Virus record (IMG/VR): IMGVR_UViG_3300012948_000012
Location: 1 to 33,556 of that record
Origin: a virus
Taxonomy: Duplodnaviria > Caudoviricetes
Strand: one strand, 5' to 3'
Length of the DNA stretch: 33,556 bases
A model generated the notes under the pieces. The model saw nothing but the letters and a program-made list of their open reading frames with translations. It was not told the DNA's origin and searched no databases. This document shows positions 1 to 9,435 of the stretch, one piece after another (the stretch's first letter is position 1; every line of letters begins with the position of its first letter). A program made the translations under genes and the position numbers.

Positions 1-249
1 CAGGTCACTTCAGGTACCACAGGTACATTACACATCACAACATCCAATCGAGAATACAATCAGCCCAATATGTCGTTTACAGCTGTTCAGAACGCAAGTG
101 GCAACGTCAACGTTTCTAATAGTGTTTTAGCTGATATGGATGCTGGAGATACATGTACTGTTAGAATTCAAGTTAATGGTATTGGCGCTGACACAGCAGA
201 CCAAAACAGTTCAACAAACACGTATTTCGCAGCTGGATTAATGGCTTAA
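1..249 (+). CDS. 3' end of tail fibre/receptor-binding protein with C1q/TNF-like C-terminal domain (partial)
   Basis: Frame 1 open to TAA at 247-249; ends SVLADMDAGDTCTVRI...TYFAAGLMA, resembling terminal strands of C1q domains. Confidence 0.6.
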   Translation, partial: QVTSGTTGTLHITTSNREYNQPNMSFTAVQNASGNVNVSNSVLADMDAGDTCTVRIQVNGIGADTADQNSSTNTYFAAGLMA

Positions 250-257
250 GGAGAATT

Positions 258-644
258 ATGCAAGTAAAACTAGATGATGAAGTCCTATTTGAAATAGATG
301 ACAGAATGATCAACCTCATGGGACATGATCTTTTAGATCCTATCCCAGATATAAAAAGACGTTTAAGATGAATTATCGAACATAAATGTGATCGATGTTT
401 CGAACGTATGGAAAAAGAATGGATGCAAAGACTTAGAAAAGATCCAAGTATACAATCAATCCCCTTACGTAAAACCGACTTTGTGGATATGGTTTTAGCT
501 CATCCTGACTATAGGAACCGTGTTCAAAGAGAGCAAGATGAGCTTGATAGACAAGCTGAACAAGCACTTAAACATCAAAAATTTTTAGAAGAAAAAGCTA
601 GAAAAGCTGAAGAGGCAAAACTTATGGAATCTTCAGAAATTTAA
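258..644 (+). CDS. Hypothetical protein, 128 aa (TGA=Trp at 369); possible tail fibre chaperone by position
   Basis: AAGGAG RBS, ATG 258; reads KRRLR-W-IIEHKCDRCFERM into the track ORF 408..644. Confidence 0.75.
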
Positions 645-1005
645 TATAGTTTTCCATTGATACATACTTAGGAAAAAGCTTTTTAGCTTCTTCATAATCA
701 CAATGGCGAAATATAACATCATCTGGGTCAAAGAAATAACAAGCGATATGAGCAGATACAATGTCACCAGACTTCACAAGGATAGCTACAAATGAAGCAC
801 TTAAAGTTGATTGTCCCATACATAAGGAATCATAGATATAAATATCATCTGTAGGCAGTCTATGAAGTTCATAGATATCAATAAATACTTGTTGATTATA
901 CCAAAAGATTTGATCGGCTAGATCTTCGTTTTGATACCATTCCTCAGCCGAATAAGCATTGGCCTTCGTAATGAGAATCAAAATAAATAGAAGCCATTTA
1001 AGCAT
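622..1005 (-). CDS. Putative secreted protein (moron-like), hypothetical
   Basis: N-terminal signal peptide MLKWLLFILILITKANA; opposite strand to the flanking tail genes. Confidence 0.65.
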   Translation of the reverse strand: MLKWLLFILILITKANAYSAEEWYQNEDLADQIFWYNQQVFIDIYELHRLPTDDIYIYDSLCMGQSTLSASFVAILVKSGDIVSAHIACYFFDPDDVIFRHCDYEEAKKLFPKYVSMENYIKFLKIP

Positions 1006-1050
1006 ATACCTCTATGGGGTAAAGAAAAAATATAACATTAGGAGTCATTA

Positions 1051-1941
1051 ATGACAAGCCCAACAACATACAAATTGGGATTCCCAAAACTAAAATACAG
1101 TGTCGTTCCTATGGCATCTGGAGCACCATTTGATAGAGATCCTACGAGTTCAGATATCTTCGATCCTGCCGTTGGTGGACAATATAAAATAGGAACCATC
1201 TGGCCTAATAAAGCCACAGGTGGAGTATGAATTCTTGCTCAGACCACGGCTGGTTCTGCAAGCTGGTTAGGTATTACCGATGCTGCTAGTGGTAACGTAG
1301 ATGGTCCTGCAAGTGCTACAGATAACGCTCTTGCACGTTTTGATGGTACTACAGGCAAGTTAATACAAAATAGTGTTGGTATTCTTAGTGATCTAGGAAT
1401 AATGACAGGTGTCAGACCAACATTGCCAGCAGGTACTACAGCAGCCGGAACAGCTCCTATGAAGTTCACACTTGGTGTAAACCTTACTGCTCCTGAAGCA
1501 GGTGCTGTAGAATATGATGGTACCCATGTTTTCTATACTAATAATGCAGCTTCTAGACAAACTGTAGCAGTAGGACCTACAAGTTCTACAGATAATAGAC
1601 TAACTAGAATGGATGGTACCGCAGGAGCTATCCAAGAAGCTACAGGAACTACACTGTCCGATGCAGATGTTATGACATTCCCGGCACAAGGTGGTGTTGT
1701 TTTAACAGCAGGTGGTGCAGGTGCTAGAAAGGGTACATTCACATTAACAGCAGGTGCTTCGGGTGATATCAACACAACAGCGGCTCTAACGGGTTCTGTT
1801 ATAGCTTATAGTATAACTGCTCTAGGAACGGTAGCAGCTCCTAAAACCATGCTGGTTACAATAACCAACGGAGTCAAGTTTGTTATCACTTCCGAAGATA
1901 ACACTGATACATCATCTGGAACATGGGCAATTGTGGGGTAA
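1051..1941 (+). CDS. Tail fibre-like virion protein, 296 aa (TGA=Trp at 1228)
   Basis: AGGAG RBS; GTIWPNKATGGV-W-ILAQ; repeated motif GPASATDNALARFDGTTG / GPTSSTDNRLTRMDGTAG; Gly/Thr/Ala-rich. Confidence 0.75.
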
Positions 1942-1943
1942 TT

Positions 1944-2081
1944 ATGCCATTAGTCAAAGGATCAAGCCAAAAGGCTATAAGACAAAACATAGAAACAGAA
2001 ATGAAAGTGGGTGGACGCCCACGCAAACAAGCAGTGGCTATAGCCTTAAATCAAGCAAGAAAATCTAAGAAAAAAAAGTAG
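1944..2081 (+). CDS. Small basic protein (DUF6496-like, PRKQAVAIAL)
   Basis: MPLVKGSSQKAIRQNIETEMKVGGRPRKQAVAIALNQARKSKKKK, translated manually. Confidence 0.75.
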   Translation: MPLVKGSSQKAIRQNIETEMKVGGRPRKQAVAIALNQARKSKKKK

Positions 2082-2086
2082 ATAAT

Positions 2087-2248
2087 ATGGTAAAAGCAAA
2101 ACTAGGTAGTGGTGCTCGATTCAAAGCAGTCGAGCGCTCTGCTGCTAAGTCTGGTGCTAGCAATCCCGCAGCTGTGGCTGCCGCTGTTGGCATAAAGAAA
2201 TATGGCAAAAAGAAGATGGCTGCGATGGCCAAAGCAGGACGTAAGTAA
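2087..2248 (+). CDS. Small Lys/Ala-rich basic protein
   Basis: MVKAKLGSGARFKAVERSAAKSGASNPAAVAAAVGIKKYGKKKMAAMAKAGRK; tight packing with neighbours. Confidence 0.75.
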   Translation: MVKAKLGSGARFKAVERSAAKSGASNPAAVAAAVGIKKYGKKKMAAMAKAGRK

Positions 2249-2385
2249 TGAAAAAACAAAAGATATTAACAGCTTCTAAGCATCAGAATGGCACAGGAAC
2301 AGGTGTTATGGATATTGTACATAGCAATAAACGTAATCCTAAGTTGCCTGCCAAGCCTGTCAAAAAAGTGAAGTATGGGAAGTAG
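2248..2385 (+). CDS. Small basic hypothetical protein
   Basis: TAATG overlap with previous gene; MKKQKILTASKHQNGTGTG...KKVKYGK. Confidence 0.6.
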   Translation: MKKQKILTASKHQNGTGTGVMDIVHSNKRNPKLPAKPVKKVKYGK

Positions 2386-2392
2386 CGCAATG

Positions 2393-2824
2393 CTACTTCT
2401 TTTCTTTCAATATTTCAGAAATTGACCAAGGACATTTTTTTGGGAAAATGCTTTCATCTAATCCTGTTTCTTTACAAGCTTCGCGTATAGCATCTTTATA
2501 AGCATCAACTCGAATTTCTTCTAATTTTGGTTTCATTCCAGGATTTTTAGAAAGCTCTTTTAAAAAATCTTCATGACTATATTTGATAGATAATTCCCAT
2601 GATCTACAATAAAGATTTGGTTGATATTTTTTCTTAAGAAGATGTAAGAAATAAATAGATAAAAAGCTAGTGATAGTGCGTTTTTCAGATCTTCCCAAAG
2701 ATTCAATCTCATCAATTACATTTTCCCAATCTACTTTGCTATATTCTTTTTTCTTCAAAAGATCAGATTGATTTTTACACCATCCAAAAAAATCTTTATC
2801 ATAAGAACTAGTGGATTTTCTCAT
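2393..2824 (-). CDS. DUF29 family protein
   Basis: YDKDFFGW...VDWENVIDEIESLGRSEKR...HLLK..YQP...SW...FPKKCPW pattern of DUF29. Confidence 0.9.
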   Translation of the reverse strand: MRKSTSSYDKDFFGWCKNQSDLLKKKEYSKVDWENVIDEIESLGRSEKRTITSFLSIYFLHLLKKKYQPNLYCRSWELSIKYSHEDFLKELSKNPGMKPKLEEIRVDAYKDAIREACKETGLDESIFPKKCPWSISEILKEKK

Positions 2825-2903
2825 TAGACCTCCAATTTGGCCTAATTATAACAGAATCTACAAATGATTGGAAGTGCATGATCAGAACGACCATGCACAC
2901 CAC

Positions 2904-3071
2904 CTAGTTGGCAGGTTTAACCGGAATGGTTATTAGATGGCTTAATTTTGGAGACGTGTCTTGAGTTTCGTCTAGAACATCTGTAGCATTTCCATTCGTA
3001 TGAATGTTAGAAAAGCTAAGCGTGCAGCTAGACATCAGACACAACAGCGTCAATGCTAACAACTTTTTCAT
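2904..3071 (-). CDS. Small putative lipoprotein
   Basis: MKKLLALTLLCLMSSC lipobox-like signal peptide; AGAGGA RBS. Confidence 0.55.
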   Translation of the reverse strand: MKKLLALTLLCLMSSCTLSFSNIHTNGNATDVLDETQDTSPKLSHLITIPVKPAN

Positions 3072-3825
3072 TAATCCTCTTTTGTTTCCATACTTCAAAG
3101 TTTAATTTTGTTTTTTGTTCATCTTCTAATAATGTTTTTATTACGTTATTACGTTGAATTTTAAAGTGGTCCACAATACTTGTTATGAACTCACACATAA
3201 GATCTTGTTCTTGCCTATAGCGTTCCATCAACATAGCCTCATTATTTATACCATCATCTAAAACGCACACAGATCGATCAGGTTGCGAGATCTCACCTTC
3301 AATGTATCCAATCCCTATAACATCACTAAAAAGCTGTCTAGCTAGCCTAGAAATCGTTCTTGCATAAAGCATGTCAATTGGTGTTCTCTTTCAGCCACCC
3401 TTCTCTTTTACAAGACCGGCTTGTTGAGCTTCTTCAATTGTAAAGCTTGCGGTATGTTCTTCGCCCGTATCTGACCTGATACCTTTGATCACACACTTTG
3501 TGTTTGTTGATTCGATGATATGAAGTTTGTGTTTGGCTCGTCGAATTAAAGCCGACATGACTCGAGCTGATAGTTCTACTTTGCCTTCTATTATATGTAA
3601 GCCACCATTCAAAGCCTGCGCTGGGCCTATACCATACTCTCTAGCAGCAAGCATAATCATCATGATAGCTGATTCTTTGCCTACGTTTCGGTACATTTGA
3701 CTTTCATAGGCATTCTTCGCTCAGGTTTGATAGACCATTAATTCTTGTTCCGTGGGGATAGTTGTCACCATGCTATAGTCAGCTGGCGCCATATAATTCT
3801 TAGTTGTTGGCAAGTATTTATCCAT
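3028..3825 (-). CDS. Single-strand annealing recombinase (RecT/Red-beta-like), 265 aa (TGA=Trp at 3721-3723 and 3391-3393)
   Basis: GGGGAG RBS; joins two track ORFs in frame via GG-W-KRTPIDMLYARTISRLAR; motifs GLHIIEGKVEL and FTIEEAQQAGL; near an exonuclease gene. Confidence 0.8.
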
Positions 3826-3833
3826 GTCTCCCC

Positions 3834-3980
3834 CTAAAGTAAGCAGTTGTCACACCCACAAAGGCAGTAGCAACCTTGATTTTTTTCTAATTCGTAATCA
3901 TCATCATATTCTTCATCTTCATAGTCATGTTGGTTATCACCTATGATCTCCTCTTTGCTTCATTGACTCCAATAGTTCAT
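3834..3980 (-). CDS. Small acidic Cys-rich protein (TGA=Trp)
   Basis: MNYWSQ-W-SKEEIIG...GCYCLCGCDNCLL; AGGAG RBS, TAATG coupling. Confidence 0.55.
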
Positions 3981-4210
3981 TATAAACTCCTTAAAGCTTC
4001 ATATATTTCTCTAAGATAATCATCCGCTTCTTCCTTAGAGTAAAATTTTCCAAAAATAAAATTTCTATTATTATTTTGTCCAAAAACAAGATAGAAGCCC
4101 CGACTTAATTTATCGTACCAATCTGAATTTCTTTGTTGTATGAAAAAGTTGTTAAAATCATTTAAATTATGTAAAGAGCTGTATTTAGTTATGAATCATT
4201 TTTTATCCAT
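3980..4210 (-). CDS. Hypothetical protein, 76 aa (TGA=Trp at codon 5)
   Basis: TAATG coupling at both ends; MDKK-W-FITKYSS... Confidence 0.6.
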
Positions 4211-4743
4211 TACTTACCCCAAAAATGTTTGTAAATATCTAAGCATTTAGAAAATAAATCAAAATGATCATCATAGACGTAGAGATGTGGAGGTGCACCA
4301 TGCTTGTCTAGATGTAAAAAGTGAATTCCTTTGATATCATAGCCGTGTTGCTTGGCTAAATACTTGTAGGCTGAGCCTTGAATGGGTCAGGTTTTTGAGG
4401 GCTTATAAGATGTTTTTAAATCTAGAATAACGGCCCCTTCTGGAGCTTCAATGATCATATCGACTTGTCCAGTGATCATCAACTGAGAGCAAAAGAAACG
4501 CTGTTCTATGGCCAAGACTTTTGTGTCATGCTTCCACCAGAACTTAAACGAGTCTACATACCCTTTGATTTCATCATCTATATCTCATTCACCTAAGCCT
4601 TTGACGATTGCTTCGCAAACATCATGGACTTTTGAACCACGTCTTGCAGCATTAGCCAGGATATCTTTAGGTATTCTATCTAATCCACTAAAAGGTGAAA
4701 GTACTTCAGTTACTCTTATGTAGTCTTTGTTTATTTCTTCCAT
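4210..4743 (-). CDS. PD-(D/E)XK exonuclease (RecE/AddB/Cas4-like), 177 aa (TGA=Trp at 4585-4587 and 4387-4389)
   Basis: Absent from the track; RVTEVL...RGSKVH...ITGQVDMI...ILDLKTS...KT-W-PIQGSAY motifs. Confidence 0.85.
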
Positions 4744-4744
4744 A

Positions 4745-5060
4745 ATATTTTACACATAATTAATAAAAAATTTTCATCATGTATGTGATACCTATGTTAA
4801 CCTTTACCTAACATCAAGGTAACATATACATGAATTTACATAAAATTCTATTTTTTATTTGTCTTTTAAGTTGTAAACATCATAAGCTAGGAAGAGAATG
4901 AAGCTTATGAAAGACCCCCGCGCAGTACGGGGGAGCATGATTGACTTTTGCCAAGTAATCAGCAAAGGAAGATCTATAAGATCGCAAAGTTTTTAGCTTG
5001 CGAAGATATAGATGTCATGGACTATATCTTCATGAAATATTTTAAGTCTACTTTTTTTTG
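4745..5060. promoter_or_regulatory. Divergent promoter region with inverted repeats
   Basis: Non-coding gap between leftward recombination and rightward replication genes; IR TATGTTAACCTT/AAGGTAACATA (4793-4826) and perfect 10-bp IR GAAGATATAG/CTATATCTTC (5002-5031). Confidence 0.55.
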
Positions 5061-5066
5061 AGGTCT

Positions 5067-5381
5067 ATGTCTAACTTTTTGTGTTGCAGTTTGTGTTATG
5101 AAAATCTTTGCTATAAGGATGCTTTCCGAGGTCTTGAAGCTGCTAAATTTTGGCAAACACTTTGTGACTATTACGTAAAATATCGTGGTCTATTGCGTAT
5201 CAGTGAAAGCATCGTTCCTTGGAGTGTTCCTTTACTGGAATTTTTAGAAAGACACAACTACATAGCTACGTGTGATAGCTATGAAGGTGTCATTTTAAGA
5301 GTAGAAGGGTATGCTGTAGAATCAGACAATATAGAAACATTTTGTAATGATAGGGATAACCATGTATTTTATCCCCATTAA
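5067..5381 (+). CDS. Hypothetical protein with N-terminal CxxC
   Basis: GAGG RBS then ATG 5067; track ORF. Confidence 0.65.
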   Translation: MSNFLCCSLCYENLCYKDAFRGLEAAKFWQTLCDYYVKYRGLLRISESIVPWSVPLLEFLERHNYIATCDSYEGVILRVEGYAVESDNIETFCNDRDNHVFYPH

Positions 5382-5386
5382 AACAC

Positions 5387-5415
5387 AATGGCCAGTCGGT
5401 AAAAAACTGGCCATT
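5387..5415 (+). terminator. Hairpin/inverted repeat after ORF 5067-5381
   Basis: AATGGCCAGT...ACTGGCCATT 10-bp IR; no clear U-tract. Confidence 0.4.
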
Positions 5416-5483
5416 AAACATTCAAGAGTTATGCAAGACAAATGATAGCAAATTCATCTATCTCACAATATCTCACAACACCA

Positions 5484-5575
5484 CATTGTACGGGATGCGT
5501 GATTTTAAAACAATGAGAAGCATAGAGAAATGCTTCCCGGTTTTCATTGTACGGGATGCGTGATTTTAAAACAAT
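5484..5575. repeat. Two exact 31-bp direct repeats upstream of the replication initiator
   Basis: CATTGTACGGGATGCGTGATTTTAAAACAAT at 5484-5514 and 5545-5575. Confidence 0.9.
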
Positions 5576-5596
5576 AAAAATATAGAGAAAAAGAAA

Positions 5597-6592
5597 ATGA
5601 TAGCAAATTCATCTCAAGCGACAGCAGAAGTCCTAGAAATAGGCAAACTTCATATCGAAGGGAATGTAATCCCTCATAATTGGTATCAAAATATAAAGGG
5701 GCCTACAGGGAAAACTGACTTAGAGGCAATAATAATCTTATCCGAAATCTTATATTGGTATCGACCCACATATATAAAAGATGAAAGCAGCGGCCAAGTA
5801 ATAGGAATAAAGAAAAAATTTAAAGCTGATGCTCTTCAACGTACAAAAAAATCTTTTGCAGAACAGTTTGGCTTAACCGAAAGAAAAGTTCAAGAAAGCT
5901 TGGCTTTGCTTGAAAAACTTGGATTGATAACTAGAGATTATCGAACCGTGCTCCATGGGGACGTTGTATGTTCTAACGTGTTGTTTATCAAGATTCATCC
6001 AGAAAGAATAAAGGAAGTAACATTCAAAAATGTCATAGCTATGGCAGAATTCTGCCATACCCCCCCCACAAATTCTACCATACCATTGGCGGAAATCGGG
6101 CATACGTATACAGATAATACTCCACAGATTACAACAGATACTAATACTCCTCCTATACCTCCTCATTCAGGACCACCCGATCCACCGGCTTCGCCGAAGC
6201 CAGCTAAAGCTGGCGGGATGGATTTGGAAGTTTCTAAGTCATTTTCTGAAGAAGTCAAGAAAGTTGGCCAAGAAATGGTTGCTATTCTTAAAACTGATAA
6301 ACCAACGTATAAAGTTCCTTCAAACTTGACGCAATGGTATCAGGCTATTGATCTTATGATTCGATCAGATCATCGACAGGCATCTTTGATTATTAAGGTT
6401 TTCGCATGGGCCGTCGCAGATGAATTCTGGAAAGACAAAATGTTTAAGCCTAATCCAGCTAAGTACTTAAGAACCATGTTCGATCAGCTTGAAACTAAGA
6501 TGAATGCCAAGCCTATGAAAAATCCAAATCGTGTTGATCGTAGGACCAAGGATGCTGATGGCAACCCAATTTATGTGAAGCCGAGGTTTTAA
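5597..6592 (+). CDS. Phage replication initiator (lambda O-like, winged-helix N-terminus, Pro-rich linker)
   Basis: GNVIPHNWY...ILSEILYWYRP...FAEQFGLTERKVQESLALLEKLGLITR; C-terminal DEFWK...PAKYLR..FDQL; followed by a DnaC-like gene. Confidence 0.8.
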   Translation: MIANSSQATAEVLEIGKLHIEGNVIPHNWYQNIKGPTGKTDLEAIIILSEILYWYRPTYIKDESSGQVIGIKKKFKADALQRTKKSFAEQFGLTERKVQESLALLEKLGLITRDYRTVLHGDVVCSNVLFIKIHPERIKEVTFKNVIAMAEFCHTPPTNSTIPLAEIGHTYTDNTPQITTDTNTPPIPPHSGPPDPPASPKPAKAGGMDLEVSKSFSEEVKKVGQEMVAILKTDKPTYKVPSNLTQWYQAIDLMIRSDHRQASLIIKVFAWAVADEFWKDKMFKPNPAKYLRTMFDQLETKMNAKPMKNPNRVDRRTKDADGNPIYVKPRF

Positions 6593-7101
6593 TGCTTAAG
6601 CCTTTGAACCAAAGCCAAGATGTAATTGATTGTTTGGAAGAATTTGCTAGTGATCCCAAAGAATTTATTATATTGTCAGGAACCAATGGTTCCGGTAAAA
6701 CATATGCTGCAATGGCTGTTTATGAAGTCGTAACTCCTTATGTTTTACCAGCATACGATTATGATATAGCTTATTTTTCAACTCAAGTTGATTTAAACAA
6801 TCGATGGAAGCAGATGATGAAAGATTATGGAGATACCCAGTTTTTATCTGATCAGATTGTAGGAGCTAAATTATTTATTCTTGATGATTTAGGAACTAGA
6901 ACGCCTTCTGATGCATTCATGGATTTTCTTTATGAGATTGCAGATAAGAGATATACACATCGAAAAACTAGAGGTACGATAATAACTACCAATTTGAATG
7001 CCTTCGATATGAGAGAGAAGTTTGGGGATGCATTTACCTCTCGTGTCAGTTATAACAAATGCTTTAGGTTGGACTATGAAGATAGGCGCATAATCGCATA
7101 G
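6592..7101 (+). CDS. DnaC/IstB-like AAA+ helicase loader
   Basis: Walker A GTNGSGKT, Walker B LFILDDLG, TIITTNL, SR, EDRR. Confidence 0.9.
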   Translation: MLKPLNQSQDVIDCLEEFASDPKEFIILSGTNGSGKTYAAMAVYEVVTPYVLPAYDYDIAYFSTQVDLNNRWKQMMKDYGDTQFLSDQIVGAKLFILDDLGTRTPSDAFMDFLYEIADKRYTHRKTRGTIITTNLNAFDMREKFGDAFTSRVSYNKCFRLDYEDRRIIA

Positions 7102-7207
7102 AAATGCGATATAACGAATTTTCTATGAAAAAATATCTAAAGGTGCGTATAAGAAAAATAATGCAATATAACGCAATTGTGTGCGTTTTTAACTAAAGGG
7201 GGATACC

Positions 7208-7603
7208 ATGAGAAACGAGCCAGGCAAATTTATAGAATACGCAGAAGTAGAAAAGTTATTAACCCAAAGCGCATATGGTGTAATGGATTTATACGACTTA
7301 GACTTGTTTCATACGGTGCACTATGTTCGTGATGCAATCAATCGAGGTCAACTTAAATCTTGTAAGATCAACAAGAAAGATATCACCATCACTAGAGAAG
7401 ATATCTTGTCTTATTGGAAAAAGTATAGAGCCACAGAGTTTGATCCAGCTGTATTACCAGTTGAAGTTAAGTTGAATTCTTCAGAAGTAACGTGGCTTAC
7501 TAATACAATTAAAAAGTTCAAAATTTCTCATAATGATTTATTCAGAGCTATGATTAATCATTTTAGAAGTTCGGATATGGTGAATTTAATACAATCAATC
7601 TAG
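7208..7603 (+). CDS. Putative DNA-binding protein (excisionase/HTH_17-like N-terminal part)
   Basis: YVRDAINRGQLKSCK...ITREDILSY resembles an excisionase-type winged HTH. Confidence 0.5.
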   Translation: MRNEPGKFIEYAEVEKLLTQSAYGVMDLYDLDLFHTVHYVRDAINRGQLKSCKINKKDITITREDILSYWKKYRATEFDPAVLPVEVKLNSSEVTWLTNTIKKFKISHNDLFRAMINHFRSSDMVNLIQSI

Positions 7604-7611
7604 GAGGATGT

Positions 7612-7935
7612 ATGATTGAAGTTATTAGTGTTAATCCTATTAACAAAGGCGACATGTTAGCGAGCGTGACAGTACGTATTGCTCCATGAAAATTAAAGAT
7701 TCATAAAGTCGTTGTCTTTCAAAAAGGTGAAAACCGTTGGGTTTCTTTGCCTAGAGAGAAATATGAAGACCGTGAAGGCCATGTGCACTTCAAAAACCTG
7801 TTAGAATTTGATGATTCTCAAGTCGAGAAACGTTTTCGGGATCAGATCATGGCGGCCGTGGATGCGTACATGGAAAAGAATCATGGTCTGAATCCTGAAG
7901 ATGTAATAAAACAAGATCAAGAATTTCCCTTTTAA
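7612..7935 (+). CDS. SpoVG-like nucleic-acid-binding protein with SSB-like acidic tail (TGA=Trp at 7687)
   Basis: GGAGG RBS; LASVTVRIAP-W-KLKIHKVVVFQKGENRWVSLP; ends DQEFPF. Confidence 0.7.
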
Positions 7936-7948
7936 TCCTTAGGTATTT

Positions 7949-8125
7949 ATGTTTTGAAGCTTATTATTTTTATTGTTTTTAGGCCTTCAGCTTAGTGGTT
8001 GTATAGCCTGAAGTTGGGTATGGGTATGTGCTCCTTTATGGGGTCCGGTGGTTGTTATAATTGCAGCCCTGGGATTAGCAGTTTTGTTTGCAGCCATCGT
8101 TGCTACGATACAAAAGAGGCCATAA
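7949..8125 (+). CDS. Small two-TM membrane protein (WSWxWVxAPLW family; TGA=Trp at 7955 and 8009)
   Basis: MF-W-SLLFLLFLGLQLSGCIA-W-SWVWVCAPLWGP...; motif common in phage membrane proteins. Confidence 0.8.
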
Positions 8126-8325
8126 TGGATCGTTATCAAGAACTGAAAGAGTATGTCAAAGATTATCTTGAACATATGGATGAACTTAACGAAAAAAAGA
8201 TAGCTTGCAATGAGAAAGAACTAGAGTTTCTAAGAAAAGAAAGCGTGTGTTTTAACCTGTTGCAAAAAAATTTTTTAAGGATGGAGGCTGAAGATGTTAT
8301 ACCCGAAGATCAACAGTCTCTATAA
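8125..8325 (+). CDS. Hypothetical coiled-coil protein
   Basis: TAATG coupling, GAGG RBS; MDRYQELKEYVKD... Confidence 0.6.
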   Translation: MDRYQELKEYVKDYLEHMDELNEKKIACNEKELEFLRKESVCFNLLQKNFLRMEAEDVIPEDQQSL

Positions 8326-8989
8326 GAGACACGGATGGTACTTTGATGAAAAAGACAAGAAGAATACTTCTTCTGAGCTACAAAAGAACAGACAGTCATT
8401 TATCATAGGGGACTATGCTTGTCCTGAGTTTGAATCTATTAATAGATGGCAAATTGATGAAAAGATTGATGGGACAAATATCCGTGTAATTTGAGAACCT
8501 TGGGCAGAAAATCCTGTTACGTTTGGTGGGAGGACACCTAATGCTCAAATTCCTACAGGGTTATTACTGCATCTTCAAAAGACTTTCACAAGAGCTCAGC
8601 TATTTAAGCATTTTCCCGTATGCCATAGGGTTGTATTTTTTGGAGAAGGTTATGGGCCTAAGATTCAAGCAGTAGGATCTAAATATCGAAACGATGTTTC
8701 TTTTATTCTCTTCGATGTTTGGATTGATGGATGGTGGCTAGAAAAAGACACAGTAAAGTCCATTGCTGATGATCTAGAAATAGAACATACTATTGGCGGA
8801 GATATCTTAAGTACTCAAGAAGTTGTTGACTTTGTTAAGTCTAAACCCATTAGCTACAGCTCTGTTGATCGCTCCTTAGTCATGGAAGGAGTGATCGCCC
8901 GATCTTATCCCCTTATGATGTTTAGACAGCGTGGAGCGCCTATAATGTTCAAACTGAAAGTCAAGGATTTTCCAGAATGCAACGTATAG
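8294..8989 (+). CDS. ATP-dependent RNA ligase, Rnl2-like, 231 aa (TGA=Trp at 8492)
   Basis: Nucleotidyltransferase motifs YPKI, EKIDGTN, FGEGYG, FILFDV, EGVIAR and KLK all in one frame once TGA is read through. Confidence 0.85.
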
Positions 8990-9435
8990 TCTTATCCGGT
9001 GATCCTGTTGCCCAAGCGAGAGCTAGGATATTTAGACGGGGCAATCGAGTTATGACTTTTGACCCTCAAGCAAGTTTAAAACGCGAGCTAAAGATACAAG
9101 CCAAGCTACAATTAAAGAATTGAGTGATGCCTAAGTATCCGAGGGTTTCTTTTAGATTCTACATGCCTATACCCAAAAGTATGAAGAAAGAAGAACGCAA
9201 GTTGGCTAATGATGGCTTTTTGAAACATGTCAAGAAGCCTGATGTGGATAACTTGATTAAGTTGTATCTAGATGTTCTTTCTGGTATCGCTTTTGAAGAT
9301 GATAATTGCGTCTCGTTAGGTTCAGCAATCAAGATCTATAGCCTTATGCCTAAAACTGTTATCACTATTTGTGAGCATGATAAGTTAATATCCATGAATG
9401 AAATATGGAGTGTCACTGAAGACACTCCATTTTAG
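8977..9435 (+). CDS. rusA: RusA-like Holliday junction resolvase (TGA=Trp at 9121)
   Basis: GDPVAQARAR N-terminus joined in frame to KPDVDNLIK...D...EDDNCV. Confidence 0.88.

Noticed and set aside
1239-2259. Track ORFs 1239..1469, 1533..1775, 1880..2068 and 2065..2259
   Set aside because: Antisense or off-frame shadows of better-supported + strand genes
4210-4743. Cas4 as evidence of a CRISPR system
   Set aside because: Lacks the four Fe-S cysteines and lies in an operon with a RecT-like gene; ordinary phage recombination exonuclease
5484-5575. Mini CRISPR array (31-bp repeat, 30-bp spacer)
   Set aside because: Only two repeats, no cas operon, spacer is itself a hairpin resembling downstream sequence; location fits a replication or regulatory role
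4508-8175. Track ORFs 4508..4723, 5873..6166, 7987..8175 and the N-terminal part of 7999..8325
   Set aside because: Shadows of the exonuclease, initiator and membrane-protein genes
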